From: Heteronotia binoei
Lineage: Eukaryota
NCBI RefSeq assembly: GCF_032191835.1
Contig: NC_083237.1
Coordinates: 9,610,001-9,674,000 of the forward strand
Direction of reading: 5' to 3'
Length of the DNA: 64,000 nucleotides
The position numbers and the translations under genes were made by a program. Positions 34,844-46,800 of this stretch are shown in pieces; position 1 is the first letter of the stretch, and every line of letters starts with the position of its first letter. The notes under the pieces are model-generated. The model was not told the origin of the DNA. It worked only from the letters and a program-made list of their open reading frames with translations, and made no database searches.

Positions 34844-36261
34844 TGTTGCTCTGAGGAAGATAGGCTTCAGTGCAATTGGGCATGCAGGAGACATGTCTGT
34901 GGGTGTAACTGGGGCCATGGAGGAATGTATGGCTGCTTTAAGCAGAAGCTATACCTAAATTTGCATGCAGCAGAGGATAAAAGAGCAAGAAGTGGAGCCA
35001 CCAATAGCAGGAACTTTTTGTGCCTGCACATCATCTGTGACTGTTGTGACAGTACATGATTCTATAGCACACTGACCATTATTAGTATTTATTTTTTTTT
35101 TGTTTTGGAGTATGTGAATGGAAAGCAGATTTAGGTTAAGAATGTACACACATATGTATGTATTTCTCAAGATTTCTGTTCTGCCTTTCTGCCCTTACAA
35201 AGGCCTCCAAGGCAACAGACAAATTAAAAAAAAATGTGCATAATAAAGCCACATTTAAAACCATTAAGACCAACCAACCTCAAAAACAGATCAGTAAAAC
35301 AATTAAAACTGAAGCAAAAATACAAGGACGTGTGAAGATTAATGGAAACACTGGTCAAAAAGGAGGAAACACTGAAGCAATGTTAGATTTTAAAAAGAGC
35401 GTTTTCATTACTGACATAAGATAGCAACAGAAAGGGACAGACTAATATCTCTGGGGAGAGCATTCCAGATTTCTTGGGCCATGACCAAGAAGTAAAATAT
35501 TAGACCCTTGGGAATTGGGGTGGGGGAGTAGATGGATACAGAAAAGCGATAGTTGAAGGTTAATTATCCTGGTTTTGGGATAAGCCTAAGCAGGGGTCAT
35601 TTTGTAGAAAAACAGGTGATGGAACTCATTAGCGTAATTCATTAGCAGATGACAGGGGACCTGATATACACCAATATCATATATCAGAAGCTAAGCAGAA
35701 TCAGTGCTTGGAAGGGAGGCCTCCAAAGAAGGATCTGCAAAGGAAGGCAAGGATAAACCATCTCTGCTTTTCACATGCCTTAAAAGCCCTTTGCTGGAGT
35801 CACCATATGTCAGCTGCAACTTAACGCCTCTTTTCACCTAACAGATGGCAAAGGAATTAACCAACCTTACTGCGAAAACCACAAGTCTGACTGACTACTC
35901 AGATATTTTATTATCTGCCGTGACCTTACTTCAGTGAACTACTGCCCCCTTCAGAGAACAGAGGAAGAATATTTTCTGTCCTGATGTTGTGAATAGTGGA
36001 CTGAAGAGCCCTTGAACAGCAGGCAGGCAACCTCTCTGGCAGCCAGGTAACTTTCACTCTCCCTCATCCCAAGCTCTGGTTTCCCTTTACTCACCTGCAA
36101 TGGGATGGGAGCAGTCCACAGTGACTCGGAGAGTGTGGAGCTGACACTGACTCTGAACAGTCTTATCATGAATTGCCTTGCTCAGGTCTTGACAAACTGC
36201 AGACCCTATTGCCTTTAACTTTCCCTAGCATTACAGTCTTCCTCACTGATTCTTGTCTTCT

Positions 36262-36512
36262 CATGACTGGCTGCCTGTTGCGTACTGAATCCATTTCAAG
36301 GTCCTGGTCTTAACCTTCAAAGCCCTATAAGGCCTAGGACCTTCCTATCTGCGGGACCGCCTTGCCCCACATGTTCCCCGGAGAGCACTGCGATCAAGCT
36401 CTCAAAATCTTCTTGCTGTCCCTGGGCTAAAGGAGGCTAGGCTCAACTCCACCAGAGCAAGAACCTTCTCGGTTGCAGCCCCAGTACTTTGGAACACCCT
36501 TCCAGAAGCCAT
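36262..36512 (+). mobile_element. Older L2-clade LINE ORF2 3' fragment
   Basis: Nucleotide similarity to 54440-54660 (TTCAAAGCCCT..CTGCGGGACCGCC..CCCCACATGTTCCCC..TTTGGAAC). Confidence 0.75.
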
Positions 36513-36546
36513 CTCCTCATGTAATTTCCACTACAGGTGCTGACTT

Positions 36547-36690
36547 TCTGAGGGTGCCAAATTGGCTGTCCCATGTGACTCAGTGATGTTATCAGTGTGG
36601 GGGGCAGGGGGCGCCAGAAGCTAGCCCCCTGCCGCCTACACCGATGACATCACTGAGTCACATGGGACAGCCAATTTGGCACCCCCAGAA
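36547..36690. repeat. Near-perfect inverted repeat (about 66-bp arms, 11-nt loop)
   Basis: GGTGCCAAATTGGCTGTCCCATGTGACTCAGTGATGT..GGCAGGGGGC pairs with GCCCCCTGCC..ACATCACTGAGTCACATGGGACAGCCAATTTGGCACC. Confidence 0.9.
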
Positions 36691-36828
36691 GATGAGTCTA
36701 GGGCCGACCCTGTTTACTGAAAAGCCATCTATGTTCACGTCCACCTTTCAATGCAGCTTTTTAATGGCCCATTTCCCAGTGATCCAGTTTAGTAGAATTG
36801 TCCCAGATAGCTGTGGGCAGGAGAAGAG

Positions 36829-36867
36829 GGTTTTTGCCTGGCTACAGATTCACTTCCCCTCACTGTG
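36829..36867 (-). other. RSS of VH-5, canonical 23-bp spacer
   Basis: CACAGTG (36867-36861), 23 nt, GCAAAAACC (36837-36829). Confidence 0.93.
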
Positions 36868-37299
36868 GCTCTTGCACAGTAATACACAGCTGTGTCATCG
36901 GGTTTCAGACCATTCATTTGCAACTTCAGCAGGCTGTTGGAATCATCCCTGGAAATGGTGAATCGTCCTTTCGCAAAATCTGAGTAGCGGATGGGACTTG
37001 AAGCTGTACTTATATAGGCCACCCATTCCAATCCCTTTCCTGGTGCCTGCCTGACCCAGTTAAACCTGTAGCTGCTGAAGGTGAATCCAGAGGCTTGACA
37101 AGAAATTTGGAGGGACTCTCCAGGCCTTTTTACATCCCCTCCGGATTCCACCAGCTGCACCTCTGATAGGATATCTAGAAAGAAAGATAGATTCTAGATA
37201 AATCAGCTGCCCAGCTGAACTCAGAATGCAATAGTATCCTACATTAGAACAGAAATCACCTCTGAATACTAGTGAGAACAGAACAAGTTGAAGCCACAT
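36868..37299 (-). CDS. IGHV: IGHV segment VH-5 (clan III-like), apparently functional
   Basis: Leader 37299-37260 ([13 protein letters not shown]); 85-bp intron; V exon 37174-36868 [72 protein letters not shown]. Confidence 0.95.
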
Positions 37300-37384
37300 C
37301 TTCTTTATCCCCCACCCTGAAGCTTCGAGAGGCTTCGACTTGGCAATCCTCAGACTCACAGGGTTGGTGTCTCTCGGTGTAGCT

Positions 37385-37414
37385 TTATACAGGAAGTGGC
37401 CCCTGCATTTACAT
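37385..37414 (-). promoter_or_regulatory. VH-5 promoter: variant octamer ATGTAAAT, CTTCCTG (ETS-like) and TATA-like element
   Basis: Plus strand TTTATACAGGAAGTGGCCCCTGCATTTACAT; the same module precedes VH-2 (15688-15718) and the orphan leader (38744-38774). Confidence 0.7.
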
Positions 37415-37877
37415 ACAGCTCAGGATAAAAGGACAGCAACGCAAGTGATGGGCCATCTGTTCTTGATTTGGGAGATGACAGTTATGCACCCTAAGCAATG
37501 AGACAGGAATTGTGGGTCCAAAGAATGTACTGGAAGACAGAGTCAGGCTAGAGTTGAGCCGAAATATAACCATGGAAGAAATTGTGTGTAAGGGCCGGAT
37601 TAAATGTTATGTGTAACATCGGTCAGTTCATAACATACCTGGTTCAGCTCTTAGCCACATATGAGGATTAACCTGCAAGAACCTCTCAGTTCCTCCCTGT
37701 GCAGTGAGATGGAATGGGGGGGGGGCTTCAGGGTTGCCCCCTATGACATTTTCCTGTTTGCCACTCCCTTGGGCTGCTTGTGTCCACCCCAGGACATGTA
37801 TAGCCTGAGGAAGGGACACTCAGGCTATACATGTGAATGCTTCCTCTGGAGAAAATGGCTTGAGAAGCAAGCCTCTG

Positions 37878-38526
37878 TGGTGATGCGGTGGCTAAAAAGG
37901 CAAATGCAATTTTGGGCTGTATCAACAGAAGCATAGAGCCCAGATCACGTGATGTGATGGTATAGCTTTACTCTGCTCTGGTAAGACCTCATCTGGAGTA
38001 TTGTGTTCAGTTTTGGGCACCACATTTTAAGAAGGATATAGACAAGCTGGAACGGGTCCAGAGGAGGGCAACAAAGATGGTGAGGGGTCTGGAAACCAAA
38101 TCCTATGAGGAAAAGTTGAAGGAGTTGGAGATGTTTAGCCTGGAGAGGAGGCGGCTGAGAGGTGATATGATCACCCTCTTCAAGTATTTGAAGGGCTGTC
38201 ATACAGAGGATGGCATGGAATTGTTTTCTGTGGCCCCAGAAGGTAGGACCAGAACCAATGGTTTGAAATTAAATCGAAAGAGTTTCCGGCTCAACATTAG
38301 GAAGAACTTCCTGATAGTCAGAGCAGTTCCTCAGTGGAACAGGCTTACTCAGGAGGTGGTGGGCTCTCCTTCCTTGGAGGTCTTTAAACAGAGGCTAGAT
38401 GGCCTTCTGACAGCGATGAAGATCCTGTGAATTTAGGGGGAGGTATTTGTGAGTTTCCTGCATTGTGCAGGGGGTTGAACTAGATGACCCTGGCGATCCC
38501 TCCCAACTCTATGATTCTATGATTCT
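37878..38526 (+). mobile_element. CR1 LINE, 5'-truncated, with RT C-terminal ORF
   Basis: ORF 38077-38430 [41 protein letters not shown]; (ATGATTCT)n tail. Confidence 0.93.
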
Positions 38527-38614
38527 CCCACACAATGTTTGGAGCAGCATAGAGCAACACAGAGATTTTTGAAGGTTAGTCCCTGCATGAATACAACATG
38601 AACACAGAAATTAC

Positions 38615-38774
38615 CTTTGAATACCAGTGAGAACAAAACAAGCTGAAGCCACATCTTCTTTATCCCCCCCCACCCTGAGGCTTCAAGAGGGTTTGACTTG
38701 GCAGTCCTCAAAATCACAGGGCTAGTGGCTCTCTTGGTGTAGCTTTAAACAGGAAGTAGCCCCTGCATTTACAT
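38615..38774 (-). pseudogene. IGHV: Orphan IGHV promoter plus leader exon (duplicate of the VH-5 5' end) with no V exon of its own
   Basis: Leader 38654-38615 ([19 protein letters not shown] donor); promoter module 38744-38774 nearly identical to that of VH-5; followed after about 90 nt by the CR1 insertion. Confidence 0.85.
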
Positions 38775-38914
38775 ACAGCTTAGGATAAAAGGGCATCAAA
38801 GAAATAAAAACCCTAAACATCACTGAACTCTAGGGGTCCTCTCATTCTTTATATGCACAAATGTTCACAAAAATGCCACATTTTTACTATAGAGTATTTT
38901 GTAAGAAGAAGTAG

Positions 38915-39185
38915 AACTGTAGATGTATACCCCCACCCTTCTCTCTTAATCAGAGACTCAGAGCGACTTTCAATCTCCTATATCTTCTTCCCCCACAACA
39001 AACACCCTGTGAGGTAGGTGAGTCTGAAAGGGCTCTCACAGCAGCTGCCCTTTCAAGGACAACTCCTGCGAGAGCTATGGCTAACCCAAGGCCATTCCAG
39101 CAGCTGTAAGTGGAGGAGTGGGGAATCAAACCCGGTTGTCCCAGATTAAGTCCACACACTTAACCACTACATCAAACTGGCTCTA
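38915..39185 (-). mobile_element. tRNA-derived SINE
   Basis: Reverse complement of the common SINE. Confidence 0.85.
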
Positions 39186-39609
39186 CACCAAACTCGCAGT
39201 ACACCAAACTGGTAAAATGTTAGAATGTCCCCCATGTCACTTTAGGATTTTATGATAATTGATAAAAGTGTTCCTTTCCTTCTGATTTCTTTCTGCCTGT
39301 CCACCAGCAGACAATGGGTCAGGACTCAGGAGAACTGTTTTCCTTAATAACGGTGCAGATTTTCACTAAAACCCAAAAGTATAGTGATGGGTATCTGAAG
39401 CATCCAAGGGTGAATGGTGCTTACCCAAGAAAAAAATTTCTGAAGATTACTGGCAAGAAGGAATTGGTGAGAATACTCTCATGGGTCTGGAAAGCATTGC
39501 TTGAACCTTAGTTGCCAAGAGGCAATGAAAAATGGCTATCAAGCAGGCATCTAATAGCACATGTTTGAATGTGAGTATATGAGAATTAAAGCACAGCAGT
39601 GCACAGCAG

Positions 39610-40026
39610 TCGACTGCGGGGTGACATGATAGAGGTTTACAAGATAATGCATGGGATGGAGAAAGTAGAGAAAGAAGTACTTTTCTCCCTTTCTCACAAT
39701 ACAAGAACTCATGGGCATTCGATGAAATTGCTGAGCAGTCGGGTTAAAACGGATAAAAGAAAGTACTTCTTCACCCAAGGGTGATTAACATGTGGAATTC
39801 ACTGCCACAGGAGGTGGTGGTGGCTACAAGCTTAGCCAGCTTCAAGAGGGGGTTAGATAAAAATATGGAGCAGAGGTCCATCAGTGGCTATTAGCCACAG
39901 TGTGTGTGTGTGTGCGTGTGTGTGTGTGTATATACAATTTTGGGGGGGCCACTGTGTGACACAGAGTGTTGGACTGGATGGGCCATTGGCCTGATCCAAC
40001 ATGGCTTCTCTTATGTTCTCTTATGT
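39610..40026 (+). mobile_element. CR1 LINE (second family), 3' fragment
   Basis: LRGDMIEVYKIMHG..RTHGHSMKL..KRKYFFTQ; ends in the 67-bp terminal unit and TTCTTATG tail. Confidence 0.9.
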
Positions 40027-40838
40027 TAATATCCATGAAGTTCGATCCAGGATGTATTTGACCAATCATTTGTAGGTATCCTTCAATACAGAAATTACAC
40101 CGCGAGGAAGAGTGATGGATGGCTTGTTGCAAATCAACCCTCCATAAAGGTCTAGGCTAACCCATCATACCTTTATTTTGACATGAGTGCCAGTGGCTAG
40201 GTGGCTGGGACGATAACAGGATCAAAATATTGTAAAAAATAATAGTTGTGATCCTGTGAAAATTCAACAAGATGACAATCCTATCGCAACACACCATATC
40301 CTCAAACAAACTCAGGACTTCATATTGAGCTTTAACACCCCTTGCTCACCCTTGGGATTCCGGATCCCACTTTGTTGACCCACTAAGAGACCGAGGAAAC
40401 GTCTGCCCGGTTTTAAGGGGTTAAAAACTGTACTTGTTATACTGTTGCCACTTGTGAACACAAACCCTGCAACAATCAATTTTCTTTCCCCTGTAATTCC
40501 CCCCCCCCTATAATTGTTTGGATTACTGTAATTATTCTTCAGACTCCCATGACTTTTCAGAAAGTGCTAGTAAACAATCTGAGAGTGGCATTTTTTTAAA
40601 AAAGCCCCAATCAGAGCTGGGGAAGAGGGGATGGGGGACAGTACTCCTTAGTTCCATTTTTCTGCTATGATGAAACCAACCTGAGATTAGAGCCCCCGTA
40701 ATCTCAGTTAGCATTCAAGATTTGCACTTAGAACAGGTAGCAATAATAAAAACGCCAAGAGACACCGTTCAAGGTAGCCTGATGGACTGTAGATGAGCAC
40801 GGGAGAATCAGCATCCAGAGAGAAGTTCTGCTACTAGG

Positions 40839-43800
40839 ATGGTGAGGCTAGTGTTGCTTCTTGTATTGCCTCACATGGCATGTGGAGTGAATACTGCAAA
40901 GTGTCCTGTTTGTGATATCCTCCCTGTTCCTCATGAATGGTACCAGTCAGGGGACCTCCTTATTGGTGGGATTACTTCTCAGATCCTTTACACCTTTCAA
41001 ACATTTTCTTTTAAGAGAAATCCTTTGCAGGACATGTTGGGGGTACCAGAGTAAGATTTTTTTTTATCCTTCCTATGTCATGAGAGCTTGATGTCTATAA
41101 CCATTTGTATTTGAAGTAACAGGAGATACAAAGAAAGAATGTGCCAGTCAAGTCAAAGATTTACTTTCACGGTGAAAAAAAGGTAAAGGTAGTCCCCTGT
41201 GCAAGCACCAGTCGCTTTTGAATCTGGGGTGACGTTGCTTTTACAACATTTTCATGGCAGACTTTTTACGGGGTGGTTTGCCATTGCCTTCCTCAGTCAT
41301 CTGCACTTTCCCCCAGCAAGCTGGGGACTCATTTTACTGACCTCGGAAGGATGGAAGGCTGAGTCAATTTGGAGCCAGATACCTGAACCAGCTTCCGCAG
41401 GGATCGAACTCAGGTCGTGAGCAGAGGGCTCTGACTGCAGTACTGCAGCTTTACCACTCTGTGCCACAGTGAAGGCTAGTGGTAGAAAGACCTATGTTTG
41501 AATCAGGCCTCATTTTATGCAGGAGCAGAACTCTGGAATCTCTAAATTTTATTGAGCTTTTTCTTTCTTATTCCCCCCTCCCCCTATACATGCTTCTGGG
41601 CTCCATGGTATAAAACCCCCTGTGAGAATTATGCTGAACTCTTAAGATGTGAGAAACTCTCTAATATTTTTTCCCCACAAAAAAAAAAAAGGAACATCAC
41701 CGTATTGATTGTTCATGCATTTACTCTTGCAGTTGCTGTATTTGGTTTGATTTCTCTAATAAAGTTTAAAAGGGGGAGGGAAGGAAAATAACCAAAACAT
41801 ATAAAGTAGACAGATGGAAACCATCATGCCACTGTGGCCATATAAAAGGTAAAGGTAGTCCCCTGTGCAAGCATCAGTCGTTTCTGACTCTGGGGTGACG
41901 TTGCTTTCACATTGTTTTCATGGCTGACTTTTTATGGGATGGTTTGCCATTGCCTTCCCCAATCATCTACACTTTCCCCCCAGCAAGCTGGGGACTCATT
42001 TTACCGACTTTGGAAGAATGGAAGGCGGAGTCAACTGGAGCCGGCTACCTGAAACCAGCTTACTCCAGGATCAAACTCAGGTCAAAAGTAATTTGATGAG
42101 AGGAAGTATGATGAGAGGAAGGTTCTATTATGACAATTATAATTCAAGAATCATTCTAAGATAGATGCTGAGCTGATATAATTTAGTACACTTTCTGGTG
42201 ATGTCAGGGGTGTATGGCATATGCAAATGAGCTATGGAAAGGAGTTGTGCTAATGAGCTCCAGCACCTCTTTTTCTACAAAAGACCCGTGATTCGAATCC
42301 AACCAAACTTTTTTGCTTAATATCTGAAGTCTCGATTCATCTCTGTAGCCTCCTTTTGCAAGTCCCATCATCCACAAATCCGATGTTCTAAAGGGACCCC
42401 TCCTTTCTTGTACAACAAATTGGGTCAGATCCAACCAAACGATGGTTCACCACCTCAGGGACAATTCCAAAATGTGGAACAGAAATATGGTTGTGAAACT
42501 GTCCAAGCATTTTTAGAAGACATTTTAGTCTATTACAGATTCAAACCATCTTGTTACTAAAAACTGAATTCATATGATCACACATTCTACATAAAACTTT
42601 TTTTTTCTAGGGTTGCCAACAGATCACTATACAACAGATGATGTTGAGCACCTCTATGTCGTGAGAATAGCATCCTCATTCCGTTTGCTCATATTAAGCA
42701 TTTGTTCATGCCCTTTTTCCTAGTTAGTTGGCAAGCCAGTCTCCTGATAAGATTAACTACTGAACATCCAAATTTGCAGTTTCTGTACATGGTTTATGAA
42801 GTGGAGGTTCTTCAAGAGCAGCAGAAAGAGTTTGAGTATTCAGGAGCTAAAGATTAGTGCTGCGTCACTTTGCAAGTTCTTGACTCTGGAGTTCTCCCAA
42901 TGTTATTCTGCTAGAAATCTGAGAATATAATGGCTGGGGGCAGGGTGATAAATTAATTTTAAAAAATGGAGAATGAGATAAACTAACAAAAATAACTCTC
43001 TGAAGAAAAACAATTATGTCTTGTGAACTGAGGTTGTTGATGAATTGCGGCATGCCTAGATGATTAGCAAAAGGAAATGAAGTTATAAATTGTCTTTATT
43101 AAGCAATTTCGACATACAGAATGTGAAGGCATCCTTACATGTATTCATAACATACAGAATTAAAACAACATTAGGCCAACTTAAACAAAAAATCATATTA
43201 AACCAAACTATATCCAAATAAACAAAAATCCAATATCTTCCCTAATGTACCGTAAATTAAGCTTTTACAGATAAATTAGTTTTTTGTAATACTGTTTACT
43301 AGGAAGGATGTTTTTTTCATAGAAATAAGAAACAAGAGGGAACCACACTGATACCACGTGTTTTTCATACTGTTCATATTTTATATCATATGGATTGTAA
43401 GCTAATTTTATTAAAATAAAGATTTCCCATACTCTCTGGTGCCACATGTCCACTGTCGGGATAATTTTGCCCGTCCACCAAGTAGCAATAGTAAGTCTCG
43501 CTGTTGATATTAAAATATGAACTAACTCTGCAGTACTAGAACTCACTTCCGGAACTGACCAGTTATGGAGTAAAAATGTATCAGGTTCTAGTGGCAGGTC
43601 AATTTGAGTGATTGAGTAAATTTGCTCTTTGATTTGTTGCCAGAATGTGGTGATGAATTTACATTTCCACCAACCGTGGAAAAAAGTCAGATTGAACACC
43701 ACAAGATTTCTTGCAAAGCAGGTCTATTGAAGGAAATATTTTGCTTACTCTTTTTGGAGACCAATACCAAAAATAGACCTTAACAATACATATCTGATGT

Positions 43801-46800
43801 GCTTGGTATATGTAGAGGTGTAGATATACTCCAAAGAGAAAGAAGAAGTAGGGTTTCTTTATATAACAAAGTGCAATCAGTGAAATAGATGGTATTTGTG
43901 CATCAAAGAGTTATCCAGATCAGAAACGTTATTTTGACTTCATACAAAAATATTTATTAACTCAAATCATACATTACAAAGGGTTTGTTAACAGATCAAT
44001 GGATATACTAAGACATAGTATATGTCTTATATGGGCAGGTTTTATGAAGAAATGACCACAAGAAGTTCTCATTTAAAGTATTTTTTTAATCTTTACCTGC
44101 AGCATGATGATAAAGTTCTACCAGCATTGTCTCGCATTGGCATTTGCTGTAAATGAAATCAACAAGAATCCCAAAATATTGCCAAATCTCACTCTTGGGT
44201 TCCACATCTTGGACAGCTACTATGATGCAAGGATGACCTATCATAGCACCATGGACCTGTTCTTCAGAGCACAAAGATTCGTCCTCAACTACAAATGCAA
44301 GAGCCAGAAAAAAATAATCACAATCATTGGGGGACTCAGCTCTGAGGTATCCTACCGTGTAGAAGAAATTTTAAGTCTCTACAAAATTCCACAGGTATGA
44401 TAAATATATTGGAGTGTTTGTTGTTCAGTCACACAGTCAAGTCCGACTCTTTGCGACCCCATGGACAAAGTCACGCCAGGCCCTCCTGTCTTCCACCATC
44501 CTCCGAAGTCTGCTCAAATTCGCGTTTGTTACCTCAGTAATGCTGTCCAGCTATATCATCTTTTGCCATCCCCTTGGAGTGTACATTGCCACAAATGATA
44601 ACACTGTCACTATCCGAGTAACTTCATATTCAAAGCATATGAATGAAAGTACTTGATATTTTGAAATACTTGGTATTTTGAAGACTATATGAATTGAATT
44701 GTTCGGGGGGGGGGGGATAAAGAAGGAAGAGCCCAGAATGATCCTTAAAGTTCTTTTCATTCCAATAGGCTTTCCCCAGAAATCTAGTTAGAACTTCAGG
44801 TAACCTAGTTAGAATTTGACTTGACTTTCATTAAAACCAAACATTTATTTGCATAAAAAGGTACACAACACATAGACACACTTCATATTTCATTTCCATA
44901 ATATGTATACATTTCTTTTCAGGTCACATATGGATCATTTGCCCCAAGAGAGAAGGGGACAATGCAGTCCACTTCCTTTTTCTACATGTCCCCAAATGAA
45001 TCCCATCAATATAATGGAATTATTCAGTTGCTTCTCCACTTTGGGTGGACATGGGTTGGGCTTTTAGCTGTGGAGGATGACAGTGGGGAACATTTCTTGA
45101 AGACTATGGAGCCATTGCTTTCCAAACATGGGATCTGTTTGGCCCTTACAGGAAAAATTCCCAACCGAGCAGATTGGGATACCTTAGTAGACCTCAATGA
45201 TTTATTATCAAATATATACCTACCTTTCATGGATAGAAAAGCAAATACATTTGTCCTCTATGGAGAATCTAGGACTCTTGTAAGGTTGATCTTGCTGATG
45301 TACCTAGGAGATCCTTGGTATAAGGATGATGCCTTTTTTAAACGTGTGTGGATTATTACTGCACAGGTTGATTTCACAATAACAGGAGTTCAAAGAAATT
45401 GTGACTTCCAGTTCTTCCATGGTGCCATTTCCTTTACAATTCATTCAAATGAACTTCAAGGATTCCAGAAATTCCTTCAGTTTTTAAAACCTTGTTTTGC
45501 AGAAGAAGATGGTTTTCTCAAGGTATTCTGGGAGCAAGCTTTTGATTGTTTGTGTCCAAATCCTAGAGTACCAGTGGATGTCAATGATACATGTACTGGT
45601 GAGGAGAAGCTAGAGAACCTCCCAGAGTCTTTATTTGAAACACAGGTCACTGGCCACAGCTATAGCATTTACAATGCAGTCTATGCCATAGCACATGCTT
45701 TGGATGCCATGCTCTCATCAAGATCCAATCTCAGAGCAATGGGGAACAATGAAAAAAATGAATATCAAAATTTCCAGCCCTGGCAAGTAATTAAATATGT
45801 CTTCTACCATGATTAGATTAGAATATTCAACTGTGATTAATGGACTCCTCCAGATACATCACAGGAGCTCTGTGGTGCAAAGTGTTAAAGCTGCAGTACA
45901 GCAGTCCTAAGCTCTGCTCACAACCTGAGTACGATCCCCAGCTCGAGGTTGACTCAGCCTTCTATCCTTCCGAGGTCGGTAAAATGAGTACCCATCTTGC
46001 TGGGGGGAAAGTGTCGATGACTGGGGATGGCAATGGCAAACCACCCCGTAAAAAGTCACTCCAGAGTTGGAAACGACTGGTGCTTGCACAGGGGACCTTT
46101 CCTTTTTTTCTCCAGATACATCTGCTGATGTGAGCTTGAGACAGTCATGAGTTCTCACAGAGCTGTTCCTCTCAAGAGCAGTTTCTGTCAGAATTCCACT
46201 TACCTCACAGGGTGTCTGTTGTGGAGAAGGGAAGTGTGAGGATATTGTAAGCTACTCTGAAACTCCTTTGAGTTTCCAAACATGGGATCTGTTCAGACTC
46301 TTATCTGGGAGAACCGGGTTTGATTCCCCACTCCTCCACTTGCACCTGCTGGCATGGCCTTGGGTCAGCCATAGCTCTGGCAGAGGTTGTCCTTGAAAGG
46401 GCAGCTGCTGTGAGAGCCCTCTCCAGCCCCACCCACCTCACAGGGTGTCTGTTGTGGGGGAGGAAGGTAAAGGAGATTGTGAGCCGCTCTGAGACTCTTT
46501 GGAGTGGAGGGCGGGATATAAATCCAATATCTTCTTCTTCTTCTTCTTCTTCTTTGGGTAGTGAAGGGTGGGTTATAAATCCAATCTCTTATTCTTCTTC
46601 ATTTAAAAGTTTAGTGGGTTTTCATTGATTTCTATACTTGGACCATGTGAGAAAATAATATCAATTTATTATTTAATGCATCTATACCTCACCTTTCTAC
46701 CCAGGGGGGACCAAAAGGGGGGACCCATTTCCTTTACAATCTACATCATTTTCCTCTTCTCCTCCCCCCACCCCACACAATCATCCTGTGAGATAGATTA

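Noticed and set aside
34373-34918. ORFs running through the N gaps (also 25494-25786)
   Set aside because: Artefacts of translating N as X.
11811-37299. V segments as T-cell receptor V or VH-delta
   Set aside because: Frameworks, leader and intron structure, octamer promoters and 23-RSS are IGHV-like, and squamates are reported to lack TCR gamma/delta. A non-IgH location cannot be fully excluded without the flanking sequence.
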